IMG/VR virus record: IMGVR_UViG_3300028534_000001
Coordinates: 68,338-132,337 of that record
Source: a virus
Taxonomy: Duplodnaviria; Heunggongvirae; Uroviricota; Caudoviricetes
Length of the DNA: 64,000 nucleotides
Direction: 5' to 3' (one strand)
The position numbers were made by a program, and so were the translations under genes. The notes under the pieces are model-generated. The model made no database searches. It worked only from the letters and a program-made list of their open reading frames with translations, and was not told the origin of the DNA. How positions within the stretch are numbered: position 1 is the stretch's first letter; each line of letters starts with the position of its first letter. Positions 9,454 to 20,700 of this stretch are shown here, one piece after another.

Positions 9454-11115
9454 TTATTCGAATACAATATCTAATCCATAAAAAACTAAATATTCATATT
9501 TTTGTGAATTTATAACTTCTTCATCTCCTGTATTTTTTACATATTGAACAGGATATATTTCAATCCCATTATCCCAAGTTTTATACTTAGTCAATTGAGA
9601 TATTATTCTATTTACTTCAAAATTAGTATTAAGTTTATATTCATATTCTTTTAATATTTCTTTAATATAATTATAAACTTCTTCTTGAAATTTATTATCT
9701 ATTAGTTTTATTCCTAATGATAGAGCTGTTAATTTTGGAATAGAAGGTATATATGCTACTTTTATACCTACAATAGCATAATTTTTTATATAACTATCTA
9801 AATATAATAATTCAGAAGTTGTTAAATTATCTCTAATAGTTTTATTACCTTTTTTAACATAATATACATTTAAAACACAACTTTGAGCTCTTAAATAATT
9901 GTTTATTACTTCTATTTTTATATTATCATCTGTGCTAGAAATATTTATTTCTCTTTCAAGATATTTTTGTTCTAATATTAAATCTTTATTACCATCAGGT
10001 AAATTTATAATACTAGGAGTTATTAAAAGGTTATCTATCAGAGCTGTATATATTCTTTCTTTAAATGAATTATTATCTTCACCTAAATTTCTTTTTAATG
10101 TAATTAAAGAACCTTCTATTAAAATTGTAAATGTTTCTAAAAAATCATCAAAATCTATCTTCCAAGTTGCTGGAACGCTTTGTTCAGGTTCTAAATATAC
10201 ATCTTCTAATAAATTTGTATTCATAATATAATATTTATAATCATTTAAAGTTACAGCTCTACCTTTAGTATTTCTTAAAATTGGTGCATAATTTTTTATT
10301 TTATTTATATCATCTTCATTTAAACCATAAAAATAAATATCATAAAAATAAAAATCAGGTTTAGAAAATTTAATATTTTTGTGATCTATTGTTTCTACTT
10401 GTCCATCAGTTTCAACATATTTTATATTTAATTTTTCTACTGAACAATCTCCATAATTATTAGTTTTATCACTTATATAAATTATAGCTTCAGTATTAGT
10501 ATTAGACCAATTTATCATCTTATTATTAAGTAAAAAATCTTCAAATACTATTGAATTTGTTTTAAAATATCCATCTGCATATAATCTTATATTATTATTA
10601 TCTATACTTCTTCCATTTTCTGGAATTAAATTAACAGTATTGAATTTTTCTGCACCTACAATATATTCTAATTCTTTATAAAATCCTATTTTAAAATTAA
10701 CTAAATCATTATATTTTAATTTTCTAGGATAATCAAAATAAAATATATCATAAATTTTATTATTTATTTTGATATTTCCAATAATATCACCTTCTTTTAA
10801 AAATAAATCTTCATTTCCTAAATATTTTATAGTAATTTCAGGTGCTTTAGCTCTCATAAATCTATAACCTAAAGTTTTACCTATTTCAAAAATAGAAGTA
10901 TCTAATTTAGCTTTTTGTAAATAAGTTTCTTCTCTTAAAAGTTTATTTTTATATACATTATAAGATGTATAACCAGCAATAAGAGATATTAACAAATCCA
11001 TAGTAGATTTTGATAATTTTTCTTTTATTTCTTTATAATTATCTAATTTTGAAATATATTCATTTAAATTATTTTTTATATCCTCAAAATTAACACTATC
11101 ATAATTTATAATCAT
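9454..11115 (-). CDS. gp6: Baseplate wedge subunit, T4 gp6-like
   Basis: N-terminal FEDIKNNL...LLISLIAGYT...ETYLQKAKLDTSIFEIGKTLGY; GRAVTLNDY motif; follows gp25. Confidence 0.8.
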   Translation of the reverse strand: MIINYDSVNFEDIKNNLNEYISKLDNYKEIKEKLSKSTMDLLISLIAGYTSYNVYKNKLLREETYLQKAKLDTSIFEIGKTLGYRFMRAKAPEITIKYLGNEDLFLKEGDIIGNIKINNKIYDIFYFDYPRKLKYNDLVNFKIGFYKELEYIVGAEKFNTVNLIPENGRSIDNNNIRLYADGYFKTNSIVFEDFLLNNKMINWSNTNTEAIIYISDKTNNYGDCSVEKLNIKYVETDGQVETIDHKNIKFSKPDFYFYDIYFYGLNEDDINKIKNYAPILRNTKGRAVTLNDYKYYIMNTNLLEDVYLEPEQSVPATWKIDFDDFLETFTILIEGSLITLKRNLGEDNNSFKERIYTALIDNLLITPSIINLPDGNKDLILEQKYLEREINISSTDDNIKIEVINNYLRAQSCVLNVYYVKKGNKTIRDNLTTSELLYLDSYIKNYAIVGIKVAYIPSIPKLTALSLGIKLIDNKFQEEVYNYIKEILKEYEYKLNTNFEVNRIISQLTKYKTWDNGIEIYPVQYVKNTGDEEVINSQKYEYLVFYGLDIVFE

Positions 11116-11128
11116 AATTTTTTAACCT

Positions 11129-11491
11129 TTATTGAATTATATTTATATTATGAGAAAATGAAAATACACCTAAATCTTTTATTTCAAAATCTATTTTTAT
11201 TTCATATTGTCTTTTTTCATAATTTAAAATAACACCACTTGTTCCCAATAGAGTTATTTCAGGAATGTGTTTATTTATACATCTATATATTTGTAAAGTT
11301 ATTTCATCTGCAATATGTTGTTGCAAAGGTTGGAATAAATATTCTCTCATATCACAATCATAATTTCTATCAAAAAACCAATCTCCTTTTAAAGAACTAA
11401 ATAATAATTCTAATTTTTCATATATTGCATCTGCATCTTTTATAAAAAATTTAGGAGTATTATAAGATAAATCTCCATATGTATTCATCAT
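11129..11491 (-). CDS. gp25: Baseplate wedge subunit/sheath initiator, T4 gp25-like
   Basis: LELLFSSLKGDWFFDRNYDCDMREYLFQPL...YEIKIDFEI pattern of the gp25/GPW family. Confidence 0.8.
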   Translation of the reverse strand: MMNTYGDLSYNTPKFFIKDADAIYEKLELLFSSLKGDWFFDRNYDCDMREYLFQPLQQHIADEITLQIYRCINKHIPEITLLGTSGVILNYEKRQYEIKIDFEIKDLGVFSFSHNINIIQ

Positions 11492-11511
11492 AATATAAAT
11501 CCTTTTTATAG

Positions 11512-11519
11512 TATTTAAA
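11512..11519 (-). promoter_or_regulatory. Putative late-promoter core TTTAAATA (representative of a recurring motif)
   Basis: TTTAAATA sits shortly upstream of the AAAAGG SD at 11512, 23906, 27493, 30018, 31037, 42201, 48604, 51693 and 52388 (minus) and 42226, 57933 and 63827 (plus); resembles the T4 late TATAAATA. AT-rich background inflates chance hits; the support is positional conservation. Confidence 0.55.
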
Positions 11520-11561
11520 GGTTGGTTGGTAAAATAATAAATGAAAAGAATTTATAATATA

Positions 11562-11570
11562 ATTATATCA
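11562..11570 (-). promoter_or_regulatory. Extended -10 promoter TGATATAAT (representative)
   Basis: Identical TGATATAAT in intergenic gaps at 11562, 23932, 44975, 56054 and 63552 (minus strand). Confidence 0.55.
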
Positions 11571-11596
11571 TGAATTTTTAAAAAATAAAACTTTTT

Positions 11597-11620
11597 AAAG
11601 AAAAGTCAAGAAGACTTTTC
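11597..11620 (-). terminator. Putative intrinsic terminator after the gp5 C-terminal gene
   Basis: GAAAAGTC-TTCTT-GACTTTTC 8-bp stem followed by TTT, overlapping the stop codon. Confidence 0.5.
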
Positions 11621-12539
11621 AGTTTAAGTTTATAACTGCACCATTTATTGTTATTGGACCACCAGCTTTTATATTTATTTTACCACCTACTTCAATAGTT
11701 AAATTACCACCTATTTTTAAAATATCATTAGCACCTATTCCTGTTACTCTTCCAATTCCAATAGTTCTTACTTCACCTAATAAAATATTTTTAAAATAAG
11801 CTTGGTTATAATTTTGAGTTACATTACCATCAACTACTGTTAATTTTTCTTGCATTATATGTTCATAAAAATTTTTCATATATAAATCATCTTCATTACC
11901 TGCACATACAAAACCTCTATCACCAAATGTATAATATAATTCTGTTCCTGGAATTTTTTGTTCATAATTTCCTTTACCATCTACTTTTTGGTAATATCCA
12001 GTATGATGAACTCTCCACCATTCTCCAGTAGTAAAATTTCTTTTCTCGAAGTCTTTTTCTTCATTTATCCACCCTTTAGAAGTTGGATAATTTTCACTAG
12101 TTGAATATCTAGCATCATTTAATTTTACTAAAGTTGTATATTTAACATCTGGATGTTGCATAGCAGTCCATTTTATATCTTTTTTAGCATCTTGCATATT
12201 ATGTTTGTCTGATGTTTTTTTATCTGCATTATGAGCTTTAGCATTAGCTGAATGAACACCAGCAGCTTTTGCAGCTGCAGCTATTATAGCTTTTAATTTA
12301 GCTAATAAATTATCTAAATTTGATTTAGCATTTTTAGCAGATGATGTAATAGCTGCTATTATAGAATCTATAATAGATTGTGCAGAAGAAGCTTGAGCTT
12401 TTAAATCATTTGCTAATTTTAAATCTCCTATTCTAGCAGCTTCTTCAGCTTTTGATTTTAAACTATCTAATAATTTTTGTTCATTATTTTTTAATCTATC
12501 TATTTTAGAATCTACATCACAATTACCTAATAAACTCAT
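11619..12539 (-). CDS. gp5: Baseplate central spike, gp5 C-terminal beta-helix part
   Basis: HHTG...E...G motif and C-terminal V/I-x-G repeats ending GGKINIKAGGPITINGAVINLN; Ala-rich helical N-terminus; no lysozyme domain recognised. Confidence 0.7.
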   Translation of the reverse strand: MSLLGNCDVDSKIDRLKNNEQKLLDSLKSKAEEAARIGDLKLANDLKAQASSAQSIIDSIIAAITSSAKNAKSNLDNLLAKLKAIIAAAAKAAGVHSANAKAHNADKKTSDKHNMQDAKKDIKWTAMQHPDVKYTTLVKLNDARYSTSENYPTSKGWINEEKDFEKRNFTTGEWWRVHHTGYYQKVDGKGNYEQKIPGTELYYTFGDRGFVCAGNEDDLYMKNFYEHIMQEKLTVVDGNVTQNYNQAYFKNILLGEVRTIGIGRVTGIGANDILKIGGNLTIEVGGKINIKAGGPITINGAVINLN

Positions 12540-12554
12540 TATATTTCTCCTTTT

Positions 12555-15254
12555 TTAACAATGACTTGTTATTGATGGTATATTAAAACTAAAATAAGGT
12601 AAATGAATATCTATTGGTAATAAATTAAAATTTAAATTTAAATCTGGTTGAGGAACTCTACAATTAGATGATTCATTTATAATACCTATTAAAGATTGTT
12701 TTAAATAATTTTCTGCAATGTCTTCTAAATCCCCTAATAAAGAAGATGCTGAAGTATTTGGGTTTAAATCTTTTGGACATACTGAAGGTAAACTAAACAT
12801 AGTTTCAACAGAATTAAATAAATCTTTAATATTTTGAACTGATATATTTATAAAATTATCAAAACTACTTAAAATACTTGAAGCACTTTGTGTAATTTGA
12901 TTTAAAGCATTAGGTATAGTTTTTGTAAAAAAATTAACTATAGTAAATAAAGAACATAATAATGCTTTTAATAAACACATAACAGCTGAAAAAATATTTG
13001 CAATTGCATCTAAAATATCAAAAAGACCTTTTAAAAATGAATCATTTATTATTTTATTAGCAAAATTAACTAAAGAATAATTTAATCTATTTATAAAATC
13101 ATTTAATTTATAATTAAATTCATATATTTTATTTTTTATACCTTCTATATAATCATTAAAATGAGTCATATATTTATTCATTTTATCATTAAAATCTTGA
13201 ATTTTATTAGTATATTCATTTAAATCATTTTGAATAGCACATAAAAAACTTAATAATTTATTTTTATGTCTTGAATTTTTATTAGCTTCATCAGCAATAT
13301 CTTTTGATTCATTTACCATATCATTTTGATATTCTATAAAACTACCTAAAGAATTCATACTATCTAAAGTTAAATCTTTTAAATCATTTGTAGGTTCTAA
13401 AAGATTATTCAAAGTATTAGAACCTAAATTTTTAGAAAAATTATCATCTTTTAAAGAAGATACTATAGCATTTATTGTTTTATCATTTGTTGGTTGATTA
13501 TTAGATAAAGATTCTAATATTGATTTATTTAAATCATTTATATTAGGATTTAAATTATTATTAACTACATTTTTAATTTTATCTATTGAATTTTTATTTT
13601 TGTCTCCTAATTTAGATTCTGCTAAATTTGTAATAGCATTTGATAATTTTTTGTTAATATCAACAGGTTTATTTAACATATTAGAAATATCTTTAGATTT
13701 AGAATTATTACTAGGTTTAATAGGTCTTTTATCATATTCAGATTCTTTCATATTAAAACCTGTATTTGTATCTAATTTAGAATTTAAAAATTCAATAGTA
13801 CTTAAAGGAGAATTTTTAGTTAATTCTTTCATAATATTCATCATACTATCAATTGTTTCTGCTAAATCAGTTTTATAAATTCCTAATGTTTTATTTATTA
13901 AATTATTTTCATTAAATGTACTAGGAAGTTTAATACCAAATTGAACAAATATATCCATAAAATCATTTAAAGAATCAAAGTCATATTTTTTTAATAAAAT
14001 ATTTATATCTAAATTTATCATATTTATATCATTAGAAATTTCGTTTAATAATAATAATGCTAAAATAAATTTTTTTATATTATCATTTAAATCTTTATCA
14101 AAATTATTAAATGATTTTATCAAAAATTCAAAAAGTAATGCTTGAAAATATCCTAATCCCATATTAGCTAATAAATCTAACATATTTTCTATAAGCATAC
14201 CTTTAGAAAAAGTATCCTGTAAATCAGACAAAAGTAATCTTGGAACAAATTCCACACCTTTTAAGTCTTTTATTAAACCTTTTGCTACAGATGCAATAAA
14301 ATTATCATTTAATATAAATATTCCTTCTGCTACATAACAACTTAATACACCTGTAAAACCTATTTCTTTTTTAGTATAAGTTTGAAATAAAGCATCTTTT
14401 ATTATATCAGAAAATATTTCTTGATTATATAATTCTTCTGATAATGAATAAATATCAGTATTTTTTAAAACTTTGTAATAATTTTCAGCAAATGTAAAAA
14501 ATATTTCATTATAAAAATTATCTATATCAATATTTTTATTTTCTAATAACAATAAATATAAATCATTATATTTTTTACAATCATTTATAAAATTATTTTT
14601 ATAATTATACGATATTTCAAAAAATATGTCAACTAATTCATCTATATCTTGCATTAAAGCCCATAAGAAAAAATTTTGAGTAGGAAACATATTATTATAA
14701 GTAAAATCATTATATAAATTATAAAAATCTTCACCTAAATTATTTTTTATATATTCTTTATCATTTTCACTTATTATTTGTGGTTGTATATAACAATTAT
14801 TTTTTAAAGTTTCTTTTTGGTCAAATTTAGTAAATATTTTATTTTTTACTAAATTTTTTGCTAATTCATTCTTTTTTTCTATAAAAGGATATACAATTTT
14901 ATAAGCATTTATCATTTTTTGAATTGTTGATACAATAAATAAATATCTTATAACATTATTTCCATCTTGAATAATATAATTATTATTAAAATCATTTATA
15001 TATTCAAAAGCATATTTTATTTGTTCTTGGAGTCTATTTATATCACAATATTTAGTATCTTTAAATAAATCTCTCCCTGATTTTATAAAATTATAACCTT
15101 GTTCTATATTATTTTCAAAAATATATAAAGCTTCTTTTTTTAGAGAATTCATATCATCTAATAAAGAATTCATAAATTTTATATATTCACATATATTAGT
15201 ATATAAATCCCAATGATATGTTTCTTCTCCATATTTTTTAAAAATTTTTTCCAC
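12555..15254 (-). CDS. Large unknown protein between the two gp5 parts (GTG start)
   Basis: 899-aa helical/coiled-coil ORF with AAGGAG SD and several Cys in the C-terminal part; function not recognised. Confidence 0.6.
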   Translation of the reverse strand: MEKIFKKYGEETYHWDLYTNICEYIKFMNSLLDDMNSLKKEALYIFENNIEQGYNFIKSGRDLFKDTKYCDINRLQEQIKYAFEYINDFNNNYIIQDGNNVIRYLFIVSTIQKMINAYKIVYPFIEKKNELAKNLVKNKIFTKFDQKETLKNNCYIQPQIISENDKEYIKNNLGEDFYNLYNDFTYNNMFPTQNFFLWALMQDIDELVDIFFEISYNYKNNFINDCKKYNDLYLLLLENKNIDIDNFYNEIFFTFAENYYKVLKNTDIYSLSEELYNQEIFSDIIKDALFQTYTKKEIGFTGVLSCYVAEGIFILNDNFIASVAKGLIKDLKGVEFVPRLLLSDLQDTFSKGMLIENMLDLLANMGLGYFQALLFEFLIKSFNNFDKDLNDNIKKFILALLLLNEISNDINMINLDINILLKKYDFDSLNDFMDIFVQFGIKLPSTFNENNLINKTLGIYKTDLAETIDSMMNIMKELTKNSPLSTIEFLNSKLDTNTGFNMKESEYDKRPIKPSNNSKSKDISNMLNKPVDINKKLSNAITNLAESKLGDKNKNSIDKIKNVVNNNLNPNINDLNKSILESLSNNQPTNDKTINAIVSSLKDDNFSKNLGSNTLNNLLEPTNDLKDLTLDSMNSLGSFIEYQNDMVNESKDIADEANKNSRHKNKLLSFLCAIQNDLNEYTNKIQDFNDKMNKYMTHFNDYIEGIKNKIYEFNYKLNDFINRLNYSLVNFANKIINDSFLKGLFDILDAIANIFSAVMCLLKALLCSLFTIVNFFTKTIPNALNQITQSASSILSSFDNFINISVQNIKDLFNSVETMFSLPSVCPKDLNPNTSASSLLGDLEDIAENYLKQSLIGIINESSNCRVPQPDLNLNFNLLPIDIHLPYFSFNIPSITSHC

Positions 15255-15266
15255 TTATTCTCCTTT

Positions 15267-15572
15267 TTAAGCAGGCGGGATAGATGAAACTGAATTAACT
15301 ACTCTACCATTCATTATATCTTCTTCTTCAAAATAAACTATAACTCTACTATCTACTTTAGGTACATCATTTTGAGCATTAGCGCCGCTTGTTGGTGGCA
15401 TGTCAATATAATACCAAGGTAAATGTTGAGTATCAATTTCATCAGTTACATTATCTAATGCAACTCTTATTCTATTTGCTTGTAAAGGGTCAGCATCATC
15501 TTTTACTGTACCCTGAAATCTATTATTTTTTAAAAATCTAGCTAAAACAGTATCTTGTTTATCTAAAAACAT
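15267..15572 (-). CDS. gp5: gp5 N-terminal OB-fold as a stand-alone protein
   Basis: GTVKDDADPLQANRIRV...HLPWY...PKVDSRVIVYF matches the Gp5_OB/VgrG OB-fold consensus. Confidence 0.7.
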   Translation of the reverse strand: MFLDKQDTVLARFLKNNRFQGTVKDDADPLQANRIRVALDNVTDEIDTQHLPWYYIDMPPTSGANAQNDVPKVDSRVIVYFEEEDIMNGRVVNSVSSIPPA

Positions 15573-15590
15573 TTAAAATACCTTTTATTT

Positions 15591-16691
15591 TTATTTAACA
15601 AAATAATCCCTCATTAAAGTTACTTCTAATTTTTGAAAACCACTTTGATTATAATAATATACTATTTTTTTAACTATATATTTACCTTCTATGTGAATTG
15701 AAGGTTTATTTTTAGTAAGAGTTGTTTCTTTTAATTTTACTAAATCTAATAATTCAAAATTAAATGTTTTATTAGCTTGAGGAATAACTAATGTAACAGT
15801 ATATTTTTCTAATCTATTTCTTAAAACTATATTATTTTTTTGAGTAAAACAATAATTTTCGTGAGTGTTCATATTATCTAACATCAAAGGAAATGGGTGA
15901 TATTTATATAAAACATCATAATCTCTTCCAGTAAATAAAGATTTAGCTGAAATGTCTCCTTCTAAAATTTTATGTGTAGGTGGTTGAAACCATCTAACTT
16001 TTCTCAAAGGAGACAATCTAACATCTAATATATCTGCCTTTGATTTAAATTTTAAATCAGCATAAAATATATCACCATTATTTATATTATTTGTAAAAAT
16101 TTTAAAAGGTTTTTTTAAAATAGTTTTTACACTTGAAACTTTTAATTTTCCATCAGCTTTTAAACCACATAAAATTATATCATTTGGTTTATAACAATAT
16201 TGATATAGATAATCCATAAATTGTTTTTCTGTAGTATTAGCTCTAATCCAATCTTGTTTATCATCTGTTGGGTCAGTTTCTATTTGAGTTTCAATATTTT
16301 TTAAAGAACCCATAACTTCATATGATTTTTTATCTTTAAAAAGTTCTTGTTTAAATTCATTTCCATAATAATTTGTAGCATCTAATAAAGCTTCTACATT
16401 TACTAAATAACTTGCTTTTCCGTGTCTCTCAAAATTAAAATTTCTTAAAGAAAATTTAAATCTTTTTGATATATCGTGGAAAATTAGTTTAACTTCAATT
16501 TTAGCATCAACTTTCATAAACATAGGTAATTTTTCTTCTAATACTATAAATTCAAAAACAGCATAAGGAATTATATTATGTAATTCTTCATAAACTACCA
16601 TATTTTTAAATTCATCCATATGAATTTCATTTCCATCTATATTTATTTTTAATTTCCCAGCTCCATCATTACCTATAGTAGTACTAGACAT
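15591..16691 (-). CDS. Baseplate hub protein (gp27-like)
   Basis: Position upstream of gp5; WIRAN...FM and C-terminal GKYIVKKIVY pattern of hub proteins. Confidence 0.55.
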   Translation of the reverse strand: MSSTTIGNDGAGKLKINIDGNEIHMDEFKNMVVYEELHNIIPYAVFEFIVLEEKLPMFMKVDAKIEVKLIFHDISKRFKFSLRNFNFERHGKASYLVNVEALLDATNYYGNEFKQELFKDKKSYEVMGSLKNIETQIETDPTDDKQDWIRANTTEKQFMDYLYQYCYKPNDIILCGLKADGKLKVSSVKTILKKPFKIFTNNINNGDIFYADLKFKSKADILDVRLSPLRKVRWFQPPTHKILEGDISAKSLFTGRDYDVLYKYHPFPLMLDNMNTHENYCFTQKNNIVLRNRLEKYTVTLVIPQANKTFNFELLDLVKLKETTLTKNKPSIHIEGKYIVKKIVYYYNQSGFQKLEVTLMRDYFVK

Positions 16692-16702
16692 ATTTACTCC
16701 TT

Positions 16703-17017
16703 TTACTTATATTCTTTTTTAATTAAATGTTCTCCTAAAATATTAGTTAAAATAAAACTATTAGGAACTTTTATTATATCTTTATTATCTTTTGTAAAAG
16801 GGTCAATTATATCATTATATAAAGCTAAAACCCACCATAAATTTATATCATCTAAATATTTTTCAGAAATATAATCTAAATCTATATTTTTTGAATTAAC
16901 ATATTCAAATTTTTTTATATTTTTTATATCATCTATTAAAGATTGATTACTTAAAAAATCATATATATTTTGATTAAAATTAAAATAAAGTTTTATATTA
17001 TTAAATTTGTTTAACAT
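16703..17017 (-). CDS. gp53: Baseplate wedge protein, gp53/LysM-like
   Basis: LDYISEKYLDDINLWWVLALYNDIIDPF...IKVP motif. Confidence 0.75.
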   Translation of the reverse strand: MLNKFNNIKLYFNFNQNIYDFLSNQSLIDDIKNIKKFEYVNSKNIDLDYISEKYLDDINLWWVLALYNDIIDPFTKDNKDIIKVPNSFILTNILGEHLIKKEYK

Positions 17018-17027
17018 AAATCAATCC

Positions 17028-17753
17028 TTACATTTTGACAAATCCAGCAAATTCATCTGCAAATAATTGTCTATAATATTCTAATTCTACTGTTACTTGA
17101 CAATAAATAGGTATTCCTCTTTCATCTACATCTTGAGAATAATTTCTAGTTACATTTCTTACATATAATCCACCAGGTACTATTATTTTATTTACAATAT
17201 TTAAAGAAAATAAATCTCCATCTAAATTAGGTGCAGGTTCTAATCTTTTCATAGGACTATATAAATATTGAGAATATGGTGCTGAAAATCCACCAACATT
17301 TTTAGGCAAAGTTGCTTTAGTTGCAAAATTTTCTAATTCTTGATATCCACCAAATCCAAACATTCCAGGAACACATATCATATCTACAGATAAATTAAAT
17401 CTACCTTCACCATTTTGATATAAATTTATAGATTCTGCAATTGTAGCACCATTTAAAAATTCATTTCCTATTTTTTGTGCAACTCCTGCAATTGCATTTC
17501 CAACAACAGGCAATTTAGATAAAGTTTTTGTTATTCCATCTAAAATACCTCCACCAACAGCTTTAGCAGTATCTGTAATCATAGTTGCAGAAGCAGGTGT
17601 TTCTACATTCATACCTGAAGAAAGAGAAATATCTTTTATAAATAAACCTTTCAGAGTCCCTGCAGGACCTGAAATAATACAACCATAACTATTCCATATG
17701 TCTCCACCACTTTTTGTATATTTAGTTGCATAATTACCTAAACTTCCTGCCAT
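17028..17753 (-). CDS. Tail tube initiator/baseplate-tube junction protein (gp48/gp54-like)
   Basis: Position after the tape measure; C-terminal P..CQVTVELE tube-fold-like strand. Confidence 0.45.
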   Translation of the reverse strand: MAGSLGNYATKYTKSGGDIWNSYGCIISGPAGTLKGLFIKDISLSSGMNVETPASATMITDTAKAVGGGILDGITKTLSKLPVVGNAIAGVAQKIGNEFLNGATIAESINLYQNGEGRFNLSVDMICVPGMFGFGGYQELENFATKATLPKNVGGFSAPYSQYLYSPMKRLEPAPNLDGDLFSLNIVNKIIVPGGLYVRNVTRNYSQDVDERGIPIYCQVTVELEYYRQLFADEFAGFVKM

Positions 17754-17767
17754 TTAATTTCCTTTTT

Positions 17768-20700
17768 TTAAATCATCATACTTATAAATTTAACAGATGG
17801 GTCTGTTTGATTATAAATATTTGTTATATTTGTATTTGAATTAGGAGATGAAACAATAGCTGGTGGATTTTTACTTGTATTATTTTCATCTTTTGGATTT
17901 TCTGATAAATTTTGTTTATTTTTTGGATAAATAGAATCAATTCCTTTTTCAATCATACTAGTTATAGAAGAAATTGGATTTATTATAGAAACTATATTAC
18001 CTAAATTACTTAAAAAACTTGAAGTATCTAAAGGTTTTGAATTATTTTTAATATTTGTATTATTTATTTTATTAGTTAAATTATTATTTTTTAATTTTTT
18101 TGTATTCAATGTAGGTTTAGTATTTACTTCTGCTATATGATTATTTAATTGATTATTAGATTGATTATTTAATTGATTATTAGGAACTTTATTAGTTTGG
18201 ACATTTTTATTTTGGTCTTCTTTTTTAGATTCTTCTAATAATTTTATTGTATCTTTATCCATTATTTTCATAAAGTTCTTTTTATCTTTATTCCAAAAAT
18301 CAGTTCTAGTTAATCTATCTAAAGCTATTTTATTAAAAGTAAAACCACCTTCTTTTTCATCAGGTCTAATATTTTCATTTTTTAAACCTTCTAAAATAAA
18401 ACTTCTTTCCGCTACATTAAGTTTTGATAAATCTTCTAATGTTTTTTTATCTTGTTTTGACCAGTCGTCAAATCTTTTTAATGCATCTAATTCTTTAGAA
18501 TTTAAAGAAACTACTTGAGACCAATCTTTAATTTTACTATTACCCCAATAATTATGTTCAACTGCACCTGATTTTTCTAATTTATCCATAATATCTTCAG
18601 AATCATCATCAATTGATAAATGATAAAGACCATATCCTATAGCACCTAAAGCTAAACCACCTGCTACAGCCCATCCAATTGGGTTTGAAGCTAATGCTGC
18701 TACTGCACCTGCACCTTCAGCTGCTCCAGCAGCTCCTGCAACAGCTTCTGTAGCCCCTACTGCACCAGTTACAGCTTCTGCAGTTCCAACTCCTTCTGCT
18801 ACAGTACTAGCAGTAGATAATCCTCTAACTAAATTTAATCCTCTACTACCAAAATTTTTTACTAAATTTAAACCTCTACTTCCTAAAGATTTTACTGATC
18901 TTAATCCTCTTCCTAATTTAACTCTAGTTCTTCTTTTAAAATTTCTCCATCTCCCTTTTTTAGTTCTCCATCTTTTGCTTCTTCTACTTCTTCTATTTCT
19001 TCTATTTTTATTTTTATCCCTATCAAAATCTATATCATAATAATTTAATCCATCATCTGAGTCATCATCTGCATCTAATTTATTTGTAATATTTTCTGAA
19101 TCTTTATCTTGATTAAATTTTGCTTCTTCTAATTTTTTTTGTTCTTCACCTTGTTCAAACATAGCTTTATTTATTGCAAAATTTTGTCCTAATATTTTTA
19201 CCATATCATATAAAGCTGTTGTAAAAAAATTACTTTTTGTAGGTTTTTGGATTGTTTTAATTTGTTGATTTTCAGCTTTATTTAAAGACATATTTTGTTC
19301 TTTACCTTTACTAAATAAAGAATCTATAAAATCATTTTCTATAACTTCAACATCTTTTATATCATCATTTTTATTATTTTTATTTTCTAATAAATTATTA
19401 TTTTTATTTTCTAATAAATTATTATTTTGTTTTTCTATATTTTCAGGTGAAGGTAAAAATGATATTTCTTTAGCTAATTCTTTTGGTAAAGATTTTGAAA
19501 TAAAACCTAATAATTTTTGGTTTTTATTAGATAAATATTCTTTAGATTTATCAGTTATTTTATTAGTATTAGCTTTTAAATTTTGTAATAATTTAGTATC
19601 ATTTAATTTTTTTAAACCATAATTTTTTAATGCTTTAGTAGTATCAATAGTATTTATTATAGTTTTTGAAGCTACATTTGATACTGGTTCCATTGTTTTT
19701 GTAGTTATTTCTTTAGATTTATTTCTTAAATCTTTTAAAGCTTTTTCCCAATAATCTTCTTCTTTATTTTCGTCGTCTTTTAAATCTTCATCTTTTTCTA
19801 TAGTATCTATTTTTTGGATATTTTCTAAAATATCATTTCTATTAGAAGTAGAATCTTTAGTTCTACTTGCCATTTCTTTTAATTTTTCTTCATCAATCTT
19901 TTTTTGTCTATTTCTTAACCATATAGCTTCTTTTAGTTGCTTTTTTTGTAAATCAGTTAATTCTTTATTATTTTTTAAATCTTTTTGTAATGTTTCTACT
20001 ATAGCATCTAATTTTTCACCATCATTATTTTTTAGAGCTTTTTCCATTCCTTCTATAAGCTCTTTAATATTTTTATCATTAGATTTTTTAAAAATTTCAT
20101 TAAAAGATTGTAGTAATTTTTTATCTATTAAAGAATTAGAACCTTCTTTTGTCCATATTTTATCTTGTTTTTTAATATAATTATTTAATATAGATAATTG
20201 TTTATTTAATTTTTCTCTTTCTTTATTTATAGATTCTAATTCATTTTTTAAATTTTTATCATTAGGATTTAATAATAATTGTTTTTCTAAATCATTTTTT
20301 TTAGAATTTAAATTATCTTTTTTTACAGATAAATTATCTATTCTTTGATTTATATTTTCTTCTAAAGTTTTATAAGATAATTCACCTAAATCAAATTTAG
20401 ACATCATTTCTACGATATCTTTATTTGATTTTAAAAATTCTTTATTCATTAAAAATTTTTCTTGATTTAATTTTTTCTCTTCTAAATCATATTTTTCTTC
20501 TCTTTTTTTAATTTTAAGAATTTCAATTTCTTTTTCAACTAAATCATTAGTTAATTCTTCTAATTGTTTAATATTTTCTTCAATGTTTTTAGTTTTTATA
20601 TTTTTTGTATCTTTTATATTTTTAAAATAATTTGTTTTATTTTCTAAATCTTTTTTCTTATTTTTTAAATCTTCTATATTAGTATTTTGAATTTTTTGAT

